In this document: positions 1 through 9,353 of the stretch, in pieces
Position numbering within the stretch: the stretch's first letter is position 1
Layout: every line of letters begins with the position of its first letter
DNA from: a virus
UHGV virus genome: UHGV-0020835
Strand: one strand, 5' to 3'
DNA length: 64,000 nt
Notes under the pieces: generated by a model
The model's input: only the letters and a program-made list of their open reading frames with translations
Told to the model about the DNA's origin: nothing
Databases searched by the model: none
Translations under genes and position numbers: made by a program

Positions 1-31
1 AAATTATAATAAAATTATAGAGGTATGAAAA

Positions 32-1093
32 ATGGATATTCTAAACAAGAGTAAGAATTTTTATCGTTGTGTTGGTAGCGTATATGAGCTGGGCCTGAAG
101 CGTGAGGATTGTGAGGTTAAGCTATATGCGGATGGCAAGCCCACAGGTGAGAAGGTCAGTGCTGAGTGCATCAAGGGTAAGTTTAGTGTTCGCACTGATG
201 GCGGTATTGTCACCTTCATGATTTACTTTGCGTCCAAGGGTCTGGATGGTAAGGAATCCCGTCAGTGGAAGATGGCCACTGATATGCTGGAACTGAATCC
301 CGAAGTCGGTGGCGATGGTGGTGCACCCTCTGTTGTTGTGGTCGAAGGCCATCTTGAGAACAATATGTTTATGAGCCGTGACGGTAAGGAAGTCAAGGAG
401 GTCCCTCAGTTCCGTGTGAGCAAGGTATCTACTACTGCTTACAAGGAAGGCATGGAATACGGTATTACCGTCAATATGAGTGGTTGCATGACCAAGAACG
501 TGCCTGAAACCAAGATGATTGATGGTGAGGCCGAGGAAACTGGCCGTGGTGTGATGACCGTGTATATGGCCAATGGTAGGGGCGAGGTGTTCCCCGTCAC
601 CGTTATCGTGCCTGATGACCTTGTGGATGATGTTAATGACGCTGTTGAGGCCGGTTGTACCATTGATGCTACCCTGGACGTGAACACTATTACCTTTGGC
701 GGTGTGGCTAAGAAGCATGGCATTGGCCGTGCCGGTAAGATTGACACCTCTAACGTGTCTACCCGCACTGAGTTTGTACTTGCTGGCATGGACATTGTTG
801 AGGAACCTGACGAACTCTACATTGAGGATGAGGACGGTAAGCAGACTCCTGTTAAGACCCTGTGGATGGATAGCTCTGTGGTCAAGAAGGCCATTAAGAT
901 GTATCAGGTCAAGAAGGATGAGTTCGCTAAGAATGGCGGTAACAAGACCACTAAGAGCAATTCCACCCCTAATCTAAAGGATAAGAAGGCTGAGTATAAG
1001 TCTAAGCGTGTAGGCAAGAAGGCCGTCAATGACTTTGATGATTTTGAAGAAAGCGTGAATGATGATCTCCCCTTTGATGAAGAAGAATTTTGA
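32..1093 (+). CDS. putative ssDNA-binding protein (acidic C-terminal tail)
   Basis: 353-aa ORF whose C-terminus DDFDDFEESVNDDLPFDEEEF resembles the acidic aromatic-terminated tails of SSB, T7 gp2.5 and T4 gp32. It sits beside a recombination-type ATPase and has an AG-rich RBS before the ATG. Confidence 0.4.
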   Translation: MDILNKSKNFYRCVGSVYELGLKREDCEVKLYADGKPTGEKVSAECIKGKFSVRTDGGIVTFMIYFASKGLDGKESRQWKMATDMLELNPEVGGDGGAPSVVVVEGHLENNMFMSRDGKEVKEVPQFRVSKVSTTAYKEGMEYGITVNMSGCMTKNVPETKMIDGEAEETGRGVMTVYMANGRGEVFPVTVIVPDDLVDDVNDAVEAGCTIDATLDVNTITFGGVAKKHGIGRAGKIDTSNVSTRTEFVLAGMDIVEEPDELYIEDEDGKQTPVKTLWMDSSVVKKAIKMYQVKKDEFAKNGGNKTTKSNSTPNLKDKKAEYKSKRVGKKAVNDFDDFEESVNDDLPFDEEEF

Positions 1094-1108
1094 TTGAGGT
1101 GATATGGG

Positions 1109-2200
1109 ATGGCACTTGATATTACAAATCTTGAGGAAACTACAATTACCACTGGACTTGAGGGTAAGATTCTGGCTTGGTACGGTACGAACAATATTGG
1201 AAAGAGCCATGTGGCCTCCAAGCTGTTCCCCGGCAAGACACTATGGCTAGCGACCGAGAAGGGCTATAATGCCATTTCTGGTATGCGTAAAGTGGATGTT
1301 GAGTCTTGGAATGATTTCCGACAGGTTGTGTCTCAGCTTACTGTTAAGAATGAAAAGAAGCGTGAGAAGGTACGGGCTATGTACCAATGCGTTGTAGTGG
1401 ATGTTGCTGACCGCCTACCCAACTTGGCCACTGCTTATATCATCTCCACTTATAACACTCAGAACGCTGAAAAGTCTGATTTTACCCCTATTACCGAGTT
1501 GTCTGGTGTTCCTTATGGTGGTGGCTATGCCATGCTAAACAAGGAGATGGACAGCCAAATCAATAAGCTGGCACTATCTGGTTACTGTGTTGTTCTAATC
1601 TTCCATGATGAAATCCGTAAGGTTAAGGATGGTCGAGAGGAATACGAGTACGTTGTGCCTAAAAACACTTTTAACAAGGCTGGTAACGCTCTAAAGGATA
1701 TTCCTGACTTTATGATTTATCTTGAGTCTCAGGGTGTTGATGAAGATGGAAAGGCATTACTGTCTATTGGTCATTGTGTACAGCATAAGGAGTATTTTGC
1801 TCGGAGCCGGTTTACTGAGTGCCCTGAAACAATCAACCCCTTTACTGCTGACAACCTAAAGGAAACTGTGCGTATTGCGTGTGAGCGTGAGGCCGAAAAG
1901 CAGGGTGTGTCTACTATCACCTATGCAGAGGAAGAAACCCGGCGTGAAAAAGAAAAGGCCGAAAAGAAAAAGTCTGCGTCTGAATTGATTGATGAGGTCA
2001 AACCCATCTATGGTGCTTTGCGTAAGGCCAAGCTAACCGCAGCGGTTAATAAGATTGTGGGTGACTTCCTTGGTTATGATGAGAATGACAAGCCCAATAA
2101 GATTAGTGAGGCTGATGACTCTCAGGTCGAGGCACTACAATATATTTATGACAAGCTGGTAGACTTGGCTGAAGAAAAGGATATTAGCTGGGAAGAATAA
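1109..2200 (+). CDS. P-loop ATPase, Sak4/RecA-like (AAA_24-type) recombination protein
   Basis: Walker A-like YGTNNIGKSHVAS near the N-terminus and hhhhD Walker B-like CVVVDVAD. Length and position match phage Sak4-type ATPases. Confidence 0.4.
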   Translation: MALDITNLEETTITTGLEGKILAWYGTNNIGKSHVASKLFPGKTLWLATEKGYNAISGMRKVDVESWNDFRQVVSQLTVKNEKKREKVRAMYQCVVVDVADRLPNLATAYIISTYNTQNAEKSDFTPITELSGVPYGGGYAMLNKEMDSQINKLALSGYCVVLIFHDEIRKVKDGREEYEYVVPKNTFNKAGNALKDIPDFMIYLESQGVDEDGKALLSIGHCVQHKEYFARSRFTECPETINPFTADNLKETVRIACEREAEKQGVSTITYAEEETRREKEKAEKKKSASELIDEVKPIYGALRKAKLTAAVNKIVGDFLGYDENDKPNKISEADDSQVEALQYIYDKLVDLAEEKDISWEE

Positions 2201-2209
2201 ACCGAACCA

Positions 2210-2241
2210 AAGACGGCTGGCCAATGCTGGCCGTCTTTTTC
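2210..2241 (+). terminator. rho-independent terminator
   Basis: GC-rich inverted repeat agacggc...gccgtct followed by TTTTT, directly after the stop codon of the ATPase gene. Confidence 0.55.
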
Positions 2242-2254
2242 AATAGGAGGGTAT

Positions 2255-2632
2255 ATGGCAACCTCTAAACTAACAGAGCAAGAAAAGAAAGACCGTCGTA
2301 AAGTCACAGACTTGATTCAATCTATGTGGGGCGAAGATGCTAACTGGAAGTCGCTCACCGCCCAACTCAAGAACATTATGAAAGAATATGACCTAACATA
2401 CAAAGATGTGTACTATATTCTTAAATATTGTAAGGAATATGAGCAAGTAGTGATTGATGGCGATTATGGGTTGTATCAGTTGTTCCCAAAATATATTGAT
2501 GCTACGCAGATATTCAGAGATAAATTGGCCGAAGCCAAAGAAAAATCTGAAGAAATAGGTACAGTTCTACCTATTAAGGTTAAGAAATATCGGCCCCAAA
2601 GAAAGATTAAAGATGACTTGACTTTTGATTGA
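2255..2632 (+). CDS. hypothetical protein
   Basis: 125-aa ORF preceded by a GGAGGG RBS. No motif recognised. Confidence 0.45.
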   Translation: MATSKLTEQEKKDRRKVTDLIQSMWGEDANWKSLTAQLKNIMKEYDLTYKDVYYILKYCKEYEQVVIDGDYGLYQLFPKYIDATQIFRDKLAEAKEKSEEIGTVLPIKVKKYRPQRKIKDDLTFD

Positions 2633-2666
2633 GATGGCGGTATGATTAAGATAAAGGAGGGATAGT

Positions 2667-2834
2667 ATGACAGTAGCAGAACTAAAACAAGCCTTGTCTA
2701 AATACCCAGACGGTATGAAGGTCAAAGTTAATATCGACCGAGCGCTTAGAGAACTGGACGATGTATCATGGGGCGTTGATATGAACACTAATATTACCTA
2801 TGTTTGGTTAGTTGGTAAGGAGAAGAAGCGATGA
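2667..2834 (+). CDS. small hypothetical protein (about 55 aa)
   Basis: ORF MTVAELKQALSKYPDGMKVKVNIDRA... preceded by an AAGGAGGG RBS. Its stop overlaps the next start (ATGA). Below the 60-aa cut-off of the ORF track. Confidence 0.35.
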   Translation: MTVAELKQALSKYPDGMKVKVNIDRALRELDDVSWGVDMNTNITYVWLVGKEKKR

Positions 2835-3013
2835 AGATATTATATTATGCTGTATTCATCGAAGGTAGGCCATATTATTTTGGTCTCGAAGAGCTTGCTA
2901 AAGCATTTGAATTCTCTGACGGTTATTGGTTAATACAGATGGCTTACATTGATGCTGACCGACAGTTGAAGTATAGGTATTTTAATCGAGAAAAATGGGA
3001 GTTTGTTGATTAA
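2831..3013 (+). CDS. hypothetical protein
   Basis: 60-aa ORF translationally coupled on both sides. Confidence 0.35.
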   Translation: MKILYYAVFIEGRPYYFGLEELAKAFEFSDGYWLIQMAYIDADRQLKYRYFNREKWEFVD

Positions 3014-5592
3014 TGCTTTATTCTTCTAACTATAGTGCTTTATTGTTGGGTTGCCTAATGAACAACACCCAACTTCTATTCAATCCATCTTACCCCCTAA
3101 CAAAAACCGACTTTGACCCTGAGCCGGTACACCGTATCATTTTTATCGCCACTTGTAAGTTGGCTGAAGCTGGGGCTGGTAGCGTTAGTGAGGTTGAGAT
3201 TGATAATTATGTCAAAGACTATCCGGTTCAATATGAAACGCTAAACGATAGCAATTTTCTTGACTTTGTGCCTACTGTAAAAGAGCTATGCTCACCTGAG
3301 AGTTTTGAGCTATATTATACCACCTTGCGTAAGTTCAGTCTGTTGCGTGAGCTTAAAGAGGATGGGTATAACATTGCTGATTATTATGATGAAATGCTCG
3401 ATGAGACAGAGCAAATGGCCAAGTTAAACAAGTGGACTATTGGCGAGATTCTTACTGACATTGAGTTTAAGTCGGCAAAGCTGAGAACTAAGTACGATGT
3501 TAAGTATGTACGGAACGAAATCAAGGCTGGTGAGAATGTAGCCGAACGGCTTGAGGCGTTTAAGGAACAACCGTCATTTGGTGCTTTGTTCCAGAGCGGG
3601 TATTTGAGTACAATTTGGAATGGATGGTGCAGAGGGCATTTGGGGCTAAGAGGCGGTGGGTCTGGTACAGGAAAGGCCATTCCTAATGACACAATTATTC
3701 CCACTCCTAACGGAAGTAAGCGTGTTGATGAAATTAAGATTGGTGATTATCTTTATAGTCGCGAAGGCAAACCAACTAAAGTTGTTGGTGTATTCCCACA
3801 GGGCAAAAAAGAAGTATGGGAAGTTGAACTAAAAGATGGACGTAAGGCTAAATGTTGTGATGAACACTTGTGGTCAGTATATAGCACTAGTCGAAATAAA
3901 AGAGGACATACACAGCCTTTTGTTTATACTTTGAAAGATTTAATAAAAACAGGTATCATGGATAACAAAGGTTACAGATTTTCTATTCCTATGCACAGTC
4001 CCATCAAGAAAGAAGAGAAAGAATTTTTTATCCCTCCGTATCTAATGGGTTTGTTTTTAGGTGACGCAAGTTTGCGTTCTCAGCCTTCTAATCACGTTTT
4101 TAGTTTTTCTTCGCCCAATGAAGAATTGCCAAACGTTATAGCTAATACAATGGGATGGACTTATAAAAGAAACTCTCTTCACAACTACAATTGGACTTTT
4201 TATAACCATGGTAAACTTGTTCATGTTGAGCATGTTCTGAAAGATTATCCTGAGTTAATCAATACCTATTCTCATACTAAGTTTATTCCTCGTGATTATC
4301 TTGACGGTTCTGTTCAACAGCGTTTTGAATTATTAACCGGTCTGCTTGATACAGATGGCAGCATTAGCCCCAGAAGCGGTTTAATTAGTTATTTTACAAC
4401 ATCAAAGCAACTAAAAACAGATATTGTTGAGCTATGTTATTCTCTTGGAATGACTGTAAACGTTAGGATGGATGTTCGTGAAAATAAAAGAACTTGTTTT
4501 GACCTTAAAATTCATTGTGATAAAAAATTAAAATCAACGGTGTTTAAGTATTCGCCTAAAAAAGCAATCGCTGTGTCTTATACACAAACTATTAAACGAC
4601 AAGAGCATAGAGATAGGATTCAGATTGTTTCGATTAAAGACCTTGGTTATAAAACAGATATGACTTGTTTCTTAGTTGATAACGATGAGCATTTGTTTCT
4701 GATGAATGACTTTATTGTTACTCATAATAGTCGTTTTGCAGTAGCTGATTTGGCCAAAGTTGGAGCAAAAGAGCTATGGTCAAATGAAATTGGTGATTTC
4801 GTTGTCAATGATAATTATCAATCACCTACTCTATTCATCGCTACAGAACAAGACATTGAGACAGAGGTTGAACCGATGTTTTGGTCTGCTGTGAGTGGGG
4901 TTGAGTATAGGTCTATTAAGAATGGCCTATGTACGCCTGACGAAGAAGCCCGTATTGTCAAAGCTGGTGAGATTATCGCCCAATCCAATCTTCATATTAC
5001 GTCTATGCCCAACTTTAACACAAAAGCCCTGAAACGTAAAATCAAAGAGATGGTTGAGTGTGAGGGTATCGGGTATTGTGTATTTGACTATATGGAACAA
5101 CAGGGCGATATTAGCCAAGAGTATCGTGAGGTTGTAGGCAGTGCTGGTAGACAAGACCAAGTGTTGCTGTATCTGGCCACTGAACTCAAGACAATGGCTG
5201 AAGATATGAATGTTGGTATTTTGACAAGCCAACAACTAAATGATACATGGAAAACCCTTAGCTTTGTTGATGAAACGGCTTTGGCTGGTGGAAAATCGAC
5301 TAAGAATAAAATCGACTTTGGCTCCATTATTATTCCAACATCCTACCTGCGCAAAGACATGAAGCAGATTGAGCCTTATTTAAAGCGTAATGGAGTAGGC
5401 AATAATCGTCAACCCATGCCTAACATTTGTGAGTTTATCATCAAGTCACGTTATGGCATTTATGGTGATAAACGCCTAAAGCTATGGTCATACTTTGACC
5501 GTGGTACATTCCAACGCCATGATTATTTTGTAACAGATGATAAAAATAATGTGTTGGATGATATTCAACCCAGTGAATTGGGGGATTTTTGA
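3013..5592 (+). CDS. DnaB/gp4-family replicative DNA helicase, intein-containing precursor
   Basis: Walker A GGGSGTGK is interrupted after Lys221 and resumes with S-RFAVADLAK, which restores GxxGxGKS. The C-terminal extein has DnaB-like features. The insert carries two LAGLIDADG motifs. Confidence 0.65.
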   Translation: MLYSSNYSALLLGCLMNNTQLLFNPSYPLTKTDFDPEPVHRIIFIATCKLAEAGAGSVSEVEIDNYVKDYPVQYETLNDSNFLDFVPTVKELCSPESFELYYTTLRKFSLLRELKEDGYNIADYYDEMLDETEQMAKLNKWTIGEILTDIEFKSAKLRTKYDVKYVRNEIKAGENVAERLEAFKEQPSFGALFQSGYLSTIWNGWCRGHLGLRGGGSGTGKAIPNDTIIPTPNGSKRVDEIKIGDYLYSREGKPTKVVGVFPQGKKEVWEVELKDGRKAKCCDEHLWSVYSTSRNKRGHTQPFVYTLKDLIKTGIMDNKGYRFSIPMHSPIKKEEKEFFIPPYLMGLFLGDASLRSQPSNHVFSFSSPNEELPNVIANTMGWTYKRNSLHNYNWTFYNHGKLVHVEHVLKDYPELINTYSHTKFIPRDYLDGSVQQRFELLTGLLDTDGSISPRSGLISYFTTSKQLKTDIVELCYSLGMTVNVRMDVRENKRTCFDLKIHCDKKLKSTVFKYSPKKAIAVSYTQTIKRQEHRDRIQIVSIKDLGYKTDMTCFLVDNDEHLFLMNDFIVTHNSRFAVADLAKVGAKELWSNEIGDFVVNDNYQSPTLFIATEQDIETEVEPMFWSAVSGVEYRSIKNGLCTPDEEARIVKAGEIIAQSNLHITSMPNFNTKALKRKIKEMVECEGIGYCVFDYMEQQGDISQEYREVVGSAGRQDQVLLYLATELKTMAEDMNVGILTSQQLNDTWKTLSFVDETALAGGKSTKNKIDFGSIIIPTSYLRKDMKQIEPYLKRNGVGNNRQPMPNICEFIIKSRYGIYGDKRLKLWSYFDRGTFQRHDYFVTDDKNNVLDDIQPSELGDF
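3676..4728 (+). mobile_element. intein (about 351 aa) with LAGLIDADG homing-endonuclease domain, in-frame in the helicase P-loop
   Basis: The N-terminal block AIPNDTIIPTPNG...IKIGDYLYS matches intein block A but starts with Ala instead of Cys/Ser. LAGLIDADG motifs are LMGLFLGDAS and LLTGLLDTDGS. It ends with the C-terminal VTHN motif, and the +1 extein residue is Ser. Confidence 0.6.
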
Positions 5593-5837
5593 TGAAAAAA
5601 GATGATAATGGACTAACACACCTATTTGTTGCTCTGGGTGCAGTGGCTTTTTTTGTGGCCGGGGTGCCTATTCTTGATGCTTTTGGCGGCTGGGTAAGTA
5701 ACCTTTTTGGCTTACAATCTATTAAGTTAAGTACAACGGCAAATGATATTGCTAATGCGAACACAGAAGAGGTTGAACAGACACAATGTATTGGGTTTCA
5801 TCTCCCAGATAACGAAGGAGAGATTGAAGATGAGTAA
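5589..5837 (+). CDS. small membrane protein
   Basis: 82-aa ORF with one strongly hydrophobic helix (LFVALGAVAFFVAGVPILDAFGGWV). Confidence 0.4.
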   Translation: MMKKDDNGLTHLFVALGAVAFFVAGVPILDAFGGWVSNLFGLQSIKLSTTANDIANANTEEVEQTQCIGFHLPDNEGEIEDE

Positions 5838-6021
5838 AAGAATTAATTCTTTATCTGAAAGTCCTTGTTACCAATGTGGGAAAATTAACCAGTGTGAAAA
5901 AAAGATTGAAAGGAATCCCATATTAGGAGATATTGTTAATTGCATTATGCCAAGAGCAGATTTTGATTATCATAATTGTTCGATTTGGAAAGCAATTATG
6001 TTGGAGGAACGCAATGGGTAA
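5830..6021 (+). CDS. small Cys-rich (zinc-finger-like) protein
   Basis: 63-aa ORF from an internal ATG with a GAAGGAGAG RBS. It contains CYQCGKINQCEKK...C...C. The start is shortened relative to the 5743 ORF-track call. Confidence 0.35.
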   Translation: MSKRINSLSESPCYQCGKINQCEKKIERNPILGDIVNCIMPRADFDYHNCSIWKAIMLEERNG

Positions 6022-7405
6022 TGGTACTGCGAAGCCCTATGTTAAATTTCCTTCTAATGCTTCTGTCTCTGTAGCTGGTTCGGCACATCTTGTTCGGTTC
6101 CAGCAATATGGGATTTTATTAGATTGTGGTATTGCCCAAGGTGGAACAATCGAAGGGGATTATCAAAGAAACAAAGACTTGTTGAAAAGTTTACGTGTTA
6201 AAGACATTCAGTGGATCATACTGAGTCATTGCCACGGAGATCATGGGTCTTTAATTCCCGCATTATATGCCAAAGGGTGCCAAGCGCACCTTTATGCGCC
6301 AAAAGGGTCTGTTCCTTTCCTTAAACTTCTATGGGAAGATTGCTTAAAAATTCACCAATCTGATTGCCTCAAGCTGACCAATAAGCATGGCAAGGGCTAT
6401 AGCCCATTGTATACAGCAGATGATATTGAGACGGCTTTAAACAGATGTATTGAGGTTGATTATCACCAAAAGACTTATCTAACCAAAAATATTTGGTTTG
6501 AATATTATCCTGCTGGGCATATCATCCATGCGGCTCAAATATATCTATCCATGACACAAGGTTATCAAGAATATCGGATAGGGTATAGCGGTGATGTTGG
6601 CGGCCCCACTGAACGGCCCTATACAGAGCCTTATGAGCCATTGCCTTTTGTAGACACACTTATCCATGAGTGTACCTATTGTCAACCCGGACGGCCCAAT
6701 AGCGTTAAAGATAGGCCCAAAGATATTGAGAAGATTGAGGCTGTGGTTAGAGATAGCCACAGGGTTTTATTTCCCGTATTTTCTCTCGCCCGCGCCCAAG
6801 AGTTGCTTACTGAGTTATTTAGTATGTGGACAATGGATATGTTACCTAATGACATCTCTGTTTATCTTGATAGCCCATTGGCTATTAAAATGTGTAACAT
6901 TTGGCCTGAAACGGGCAACTGGAAAACTATAATGAGTTGGCCTAATCTTAAATTTATCGAGGATACGGTCGAAAGCAAGCGTTTACAAATGAGCAATCAG
7001 CGCTGTATCATCCTTTCGGCCAGTGGTTTTCTTGGGGGCGGACGAGTATTAAGCCACCTTACTACAATCTTACCCAACCCTAACAACACCATTTGTTTTG
7101 TCGGCTTTTCAGGGGAAAACAACCTTGCGGCCAAGATTAAATCTAATGAGCCATTTGTTGAGGTCAATGGGGCGGTAATTGAAAACAAGGCCAAAATCGT
7201 AGACTTGCGTTCTTGGTCAAGTCATGCAAGTTATGAAGAATTGATGCATTATCTTAGCACTCTGCGATATAATAAAATCTGTTTGGTGCATGGTAACATG
7301 GAGGGTAAAGTTGAGTTTGCCAAAGTCCTCAAAGAAAAATTGGTAGAGCAGGGCAACTCTAGCCGTGTTGTTGTAGTTAATCAGGACACAAAAGTTAAAA
7401 TTTAA
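6014..7405 (+). CDS. metallo-beta-lactamase-fold nuclease, beta-CASP-like
   Basis: The HxHxDH motif is present as ILSHCHGDHGS, and downstream His/Asp residues are spaced as in RNase J/CPSF-type beta-CASP enzymes. The start was moved to an ATG preceded by GGAGGAAC. Confidence 0.55.
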   Translation: MGNGTAKPYVKFPSNASVSVAGSAHLVRFQQYGILLDCGIAQGGTIEGDYQRNKDLLKSLRVKDIQWIILSHCHGDHGSLIPALYAKGCQAHLYAPKGSVPFLKLLWEDCLKIHQSDCLKLTNKHGKGYSPLYTADDIETALNRCIEVDYHQKTYLTKNIWFEYYPAGHIIHAAQIYLSMTQGYQEYRIGYSGDVGGPTERPYTEPYEPLPFVDTLIHECTYCQPGRPNSVKDRPKDIEKIEAVVRDSHRVLFPVFSLARAQELLTELFSMWTMDMLPNDISVYLDSPLAIKMCNIWPETGNWKTIMSWPNLKFIEDTVESKRLQMSNQRCIILSASGFLGGGRVLSHLTTILPNPNNTICFVGFSGENNLAAKIKSNEPFVEVNGAVIENKAKIVDLRSWSSHASYEELMHYLSTLRYNKICLVHGNMEGKVEFAKVLKEKLVEQGNSSRVVVVNQDTKVKI

Positions 7406-7407
7406 CC

Positions 7408-7436
7408 TTGACAGGCCATCTTCTTTATGATATAAT
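7408..7436 (+). promoter_or_regulatory. sigma70/sigmaA-type promoter (TTGACA-N17-TGaTATAAT)
   Basis: Perfect -35 TTGACA, a 17-nt spacer, and an extended -10 TGATATAAT. Confidence 0.55.
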
Positions 7437-7466
7437 CAATTTATCTTAAAAGGAGGTGGTTTTGTC

Positions 7467-7640
7467 ATGAGAGCAATATTTAAAATCGGAGATAAAATCC
7501 AAAAAAATAAAAATAGTAATATTTGTACCGTGTTGGAAGTGGACACATATCAGCATCCTATTCCCTATTATTATATTGAAAGCAACGGAATTAAATTTTG
7601 GGATTATTGTCTCTGTTGGGAAAAGGTTGGTGAAGAATAA
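7467..7640 (+). CDS. small hypothetical protein (about 57 aa)
   Basis: ORF MRAIFKIGDKIQKNKNSNICTVLEV... with an AAAGGAGGTGG RBS directly downstream of the promoter. Its stop overlaps the next start (TAATG). Confidence 0.35.
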   Translation: MRAIFKIGDKIQKNKNSNICTVLEVDTYQHPIPYYYIESNGIKFWDYCLCWEKVGEE

Positions 7641-8716
7641 TGGTATATTTGGATTATGCTGCAACTCACCCTTATGTTAAATATTTAAGTTCAGCTTATG
7701 AGCCTTTCTTTAACCCAAACGCCAATTATGCTTACAAGGAAAAGCACCTACTATCTGAAGTAGAGGATAGAGTAAAAAGGGCTATTGGGGCCAAAGGTGG
7801 CAAGGTTATTTTTGGTGGTACGAGTAGCCAGTTGATTGAGAATTTAATGACTGTCGTTTATAATATTTTCAGGCAAAAAAATATTCAATACATGACTCTT
7901 GGCTCTTGTGTAGAGCATGATTCTTTTAATAGATATACTAGTCATAGATGCACAGATGTAGAGAATGTAGACGAATGGTTGTCTTATTATAATGATGTTC
8001 AGACTTTCGTAATATGGCAAGGTGTTAATAATCTAACAGGTGAAATCATGCCAATTACAGAAATTGGTAAACTATGTAACGAACATGACGCTTTCTACAT
8101 CTGCGACATGACGGCTATGATTGGTAAAGTCCCAATTCCAATCAACATCGACCAATGGTGTGATTGTGCTATATGGAGCGGTCATAAGTTAGGCACTGAA
8201 CTTGGTATTGGTTGTTGTTGGATTTCAGACCGCTTAGACAAATGGCTTAATGGTTTTAAGTTGCATGGTACACCCAATCTCACCGGTGCATTGACAATGG
8301 TTCAGGCAACTGAGGATGCTTGCGATAAGTATCTCTTACATGATAAAATGCAGGATTGGTTAGATTTGATGATCAAGCTAAATGATGAGCTAATTCAAAA
8401 CGGTATTAAATTTAACCTTATTCCTGATTCATCAGATTATGATGAAATTCCTTTTACGTATGCAATCAACGCTATTCACCTACCTGGATTTAATGCGGAT
8501 GCGCTACAACAATATCTTGCTTCCAAACAAATCTATGTATCCATTGGCGGCTCTGCTTGTGCTGAAAAGCATGATTATCGAGTGTTAAACACCTATGGAT
8601 TGAGTAACGATGAAGCCAGTGAGGTTATTAGGGTTAGTTTTGGCGAGGATAGCAATGTTGAGGACGTAGAGGCGTTGGTTGAAGGAATCAAGAATTTTAA
8701 GGAGTTATATCTATGA
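7640..8716 (+). CDS. cysteine desulfurase (class V PLP aminotransferase, NifS/IscS-like)
   Basis: N-terminal LDYAATHP matches the IYLDYAATTP signature. The PLP-lysine motif SGHKLG is present, and GGSACAE carries the catalytic Cys. Confidence 0.6.
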   Translation: MVYLDYAATHPYVKYLSSAYEPFFNPNANYAYKEKHLLSEVEDRVKRAIGAKGGKVIFGGTSSQLIENLMTVVYNIFRQKNIQYMTLGSCVEHDSFNRYTSHRCTDVENVDEWLSYYNDVQTFVIWQGVNNLTGEIMPITEIGKLCNEHDAFYICDMTAMIGKVPIPINIDQWCDCAIWSGHKLGTELGIGCCWISDRLDKWLNGFKLHGTPNLTGALTMVQATEDACDKYLLHDKMQDWLDLMIKLNDELIQNGIKFNLIPDSSDYDEIPFTYAINAIHLPGFNADALQQYLASKQIYVSIGGSACAEKHDYRVLNTYGLSNDEASEVIRVSFGEDSNVEDVEALVEGIKNFKELYL

Positions 8717-9156
8717 GATTAATCAAATCTAACAACATCGAACCTGAATACCCCAAACGCCACACTTGCGAAGAATGTGGAGCAGAGCTTGAGTATGATA
8801 AGAAAGATGTTCACATTGGTTGGATGGGTTGTGAATATGTGACTTGTCCAGCTTGCGGTAGTGAGACTGTGGTGGGGGAATGTAGGATACAGCCACCCAC
8901 TTGGAAGGCTACATTTGACCATGTTTGTACCGATACAGGAGCGGTTGATGTTCTTGACCATGAGATACAGGAATATGTGAACAAGGTGGCTAAGGTTTTG
9001 TGTTCAGATGAATATGAGCCTGGTGATTCTGCTATGACCCGTACAGGTAATCTGTTAATTTTTGGTCGCAAATGGGGAGATGGCGTAGAGATTTATGTAA
9101 CTAAAGATTATCGGAAAGATAGTATTGCCCCCGAAGATTATGGAATGGTAAAGTGA
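8713..9156 (+). CDS. zinc-ribbon protein, unknown function
   Basis: CEECGAELEY...CPACGS four-Cys ribbon. Translationally coupled to the desulfurase gene. Confidence 0.4.
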   Translation: MRLIKSNNIEPEYPKRHTCEECGAELEYDKKDVHIGWMGCEYVTCPACGSETVVGECRIQPPTWKATFDHVCTDTGAVDVLDHEIQEYVNKVAKVLCSDEYEPGDSAMTRTGNLLIFGRKWGDGVEIYVTKDYRKDSIAPEDYGMVK

Positions 9157-9220
9157 GGTTAAAGCAATGGGTAAGGTTGATGTTATTTATGAACAAATTG
9201 TAAATAAATAAAAACACACC

Positions 9221-9249
9221 TTGACATTTGTTTAATTTTATGATACAAT
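9221..9249 (+). promoter_or_regulatory. sigmaA-type promoter (TTGACA-N17-TGaTACAAT)
   Basis: Consensus -35, 17-nt spacer, and extended -10. Confidence 0.55.
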
Positions 9250-9353
9250 CTATATAAGAGGTAGGGCAAGATGGCGCAATCTTCCCTTTTGAACCCAAGG
9301 GCCTATCTCCCTTGGGTTACTCTATATAATCATTTTAGATAGGAGAATGAAAT

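Noticed and set aside
122-1236. Antisense and overlapping short ORFs from the six-frame track, for example 122..718-, 439..795-, 696..977+ and 904..1236-
   Set aside because: They are nested in or antisense to longer ORFs with RBS and recognisable motifs. The same applies to most other nested 60-110 aa calls throughout the window, which are not listed individually.
9250-9353. Possible tRNA or ncRNA between the promoter and the HNH gene (cccaaggg...cccttggg hairpin)
   Set aside because: No cloverleaf, no anticodon-loop geometry and no T-loop GTTC motif. It is more simply the 5' leader of the HNH endonuclease transcript.
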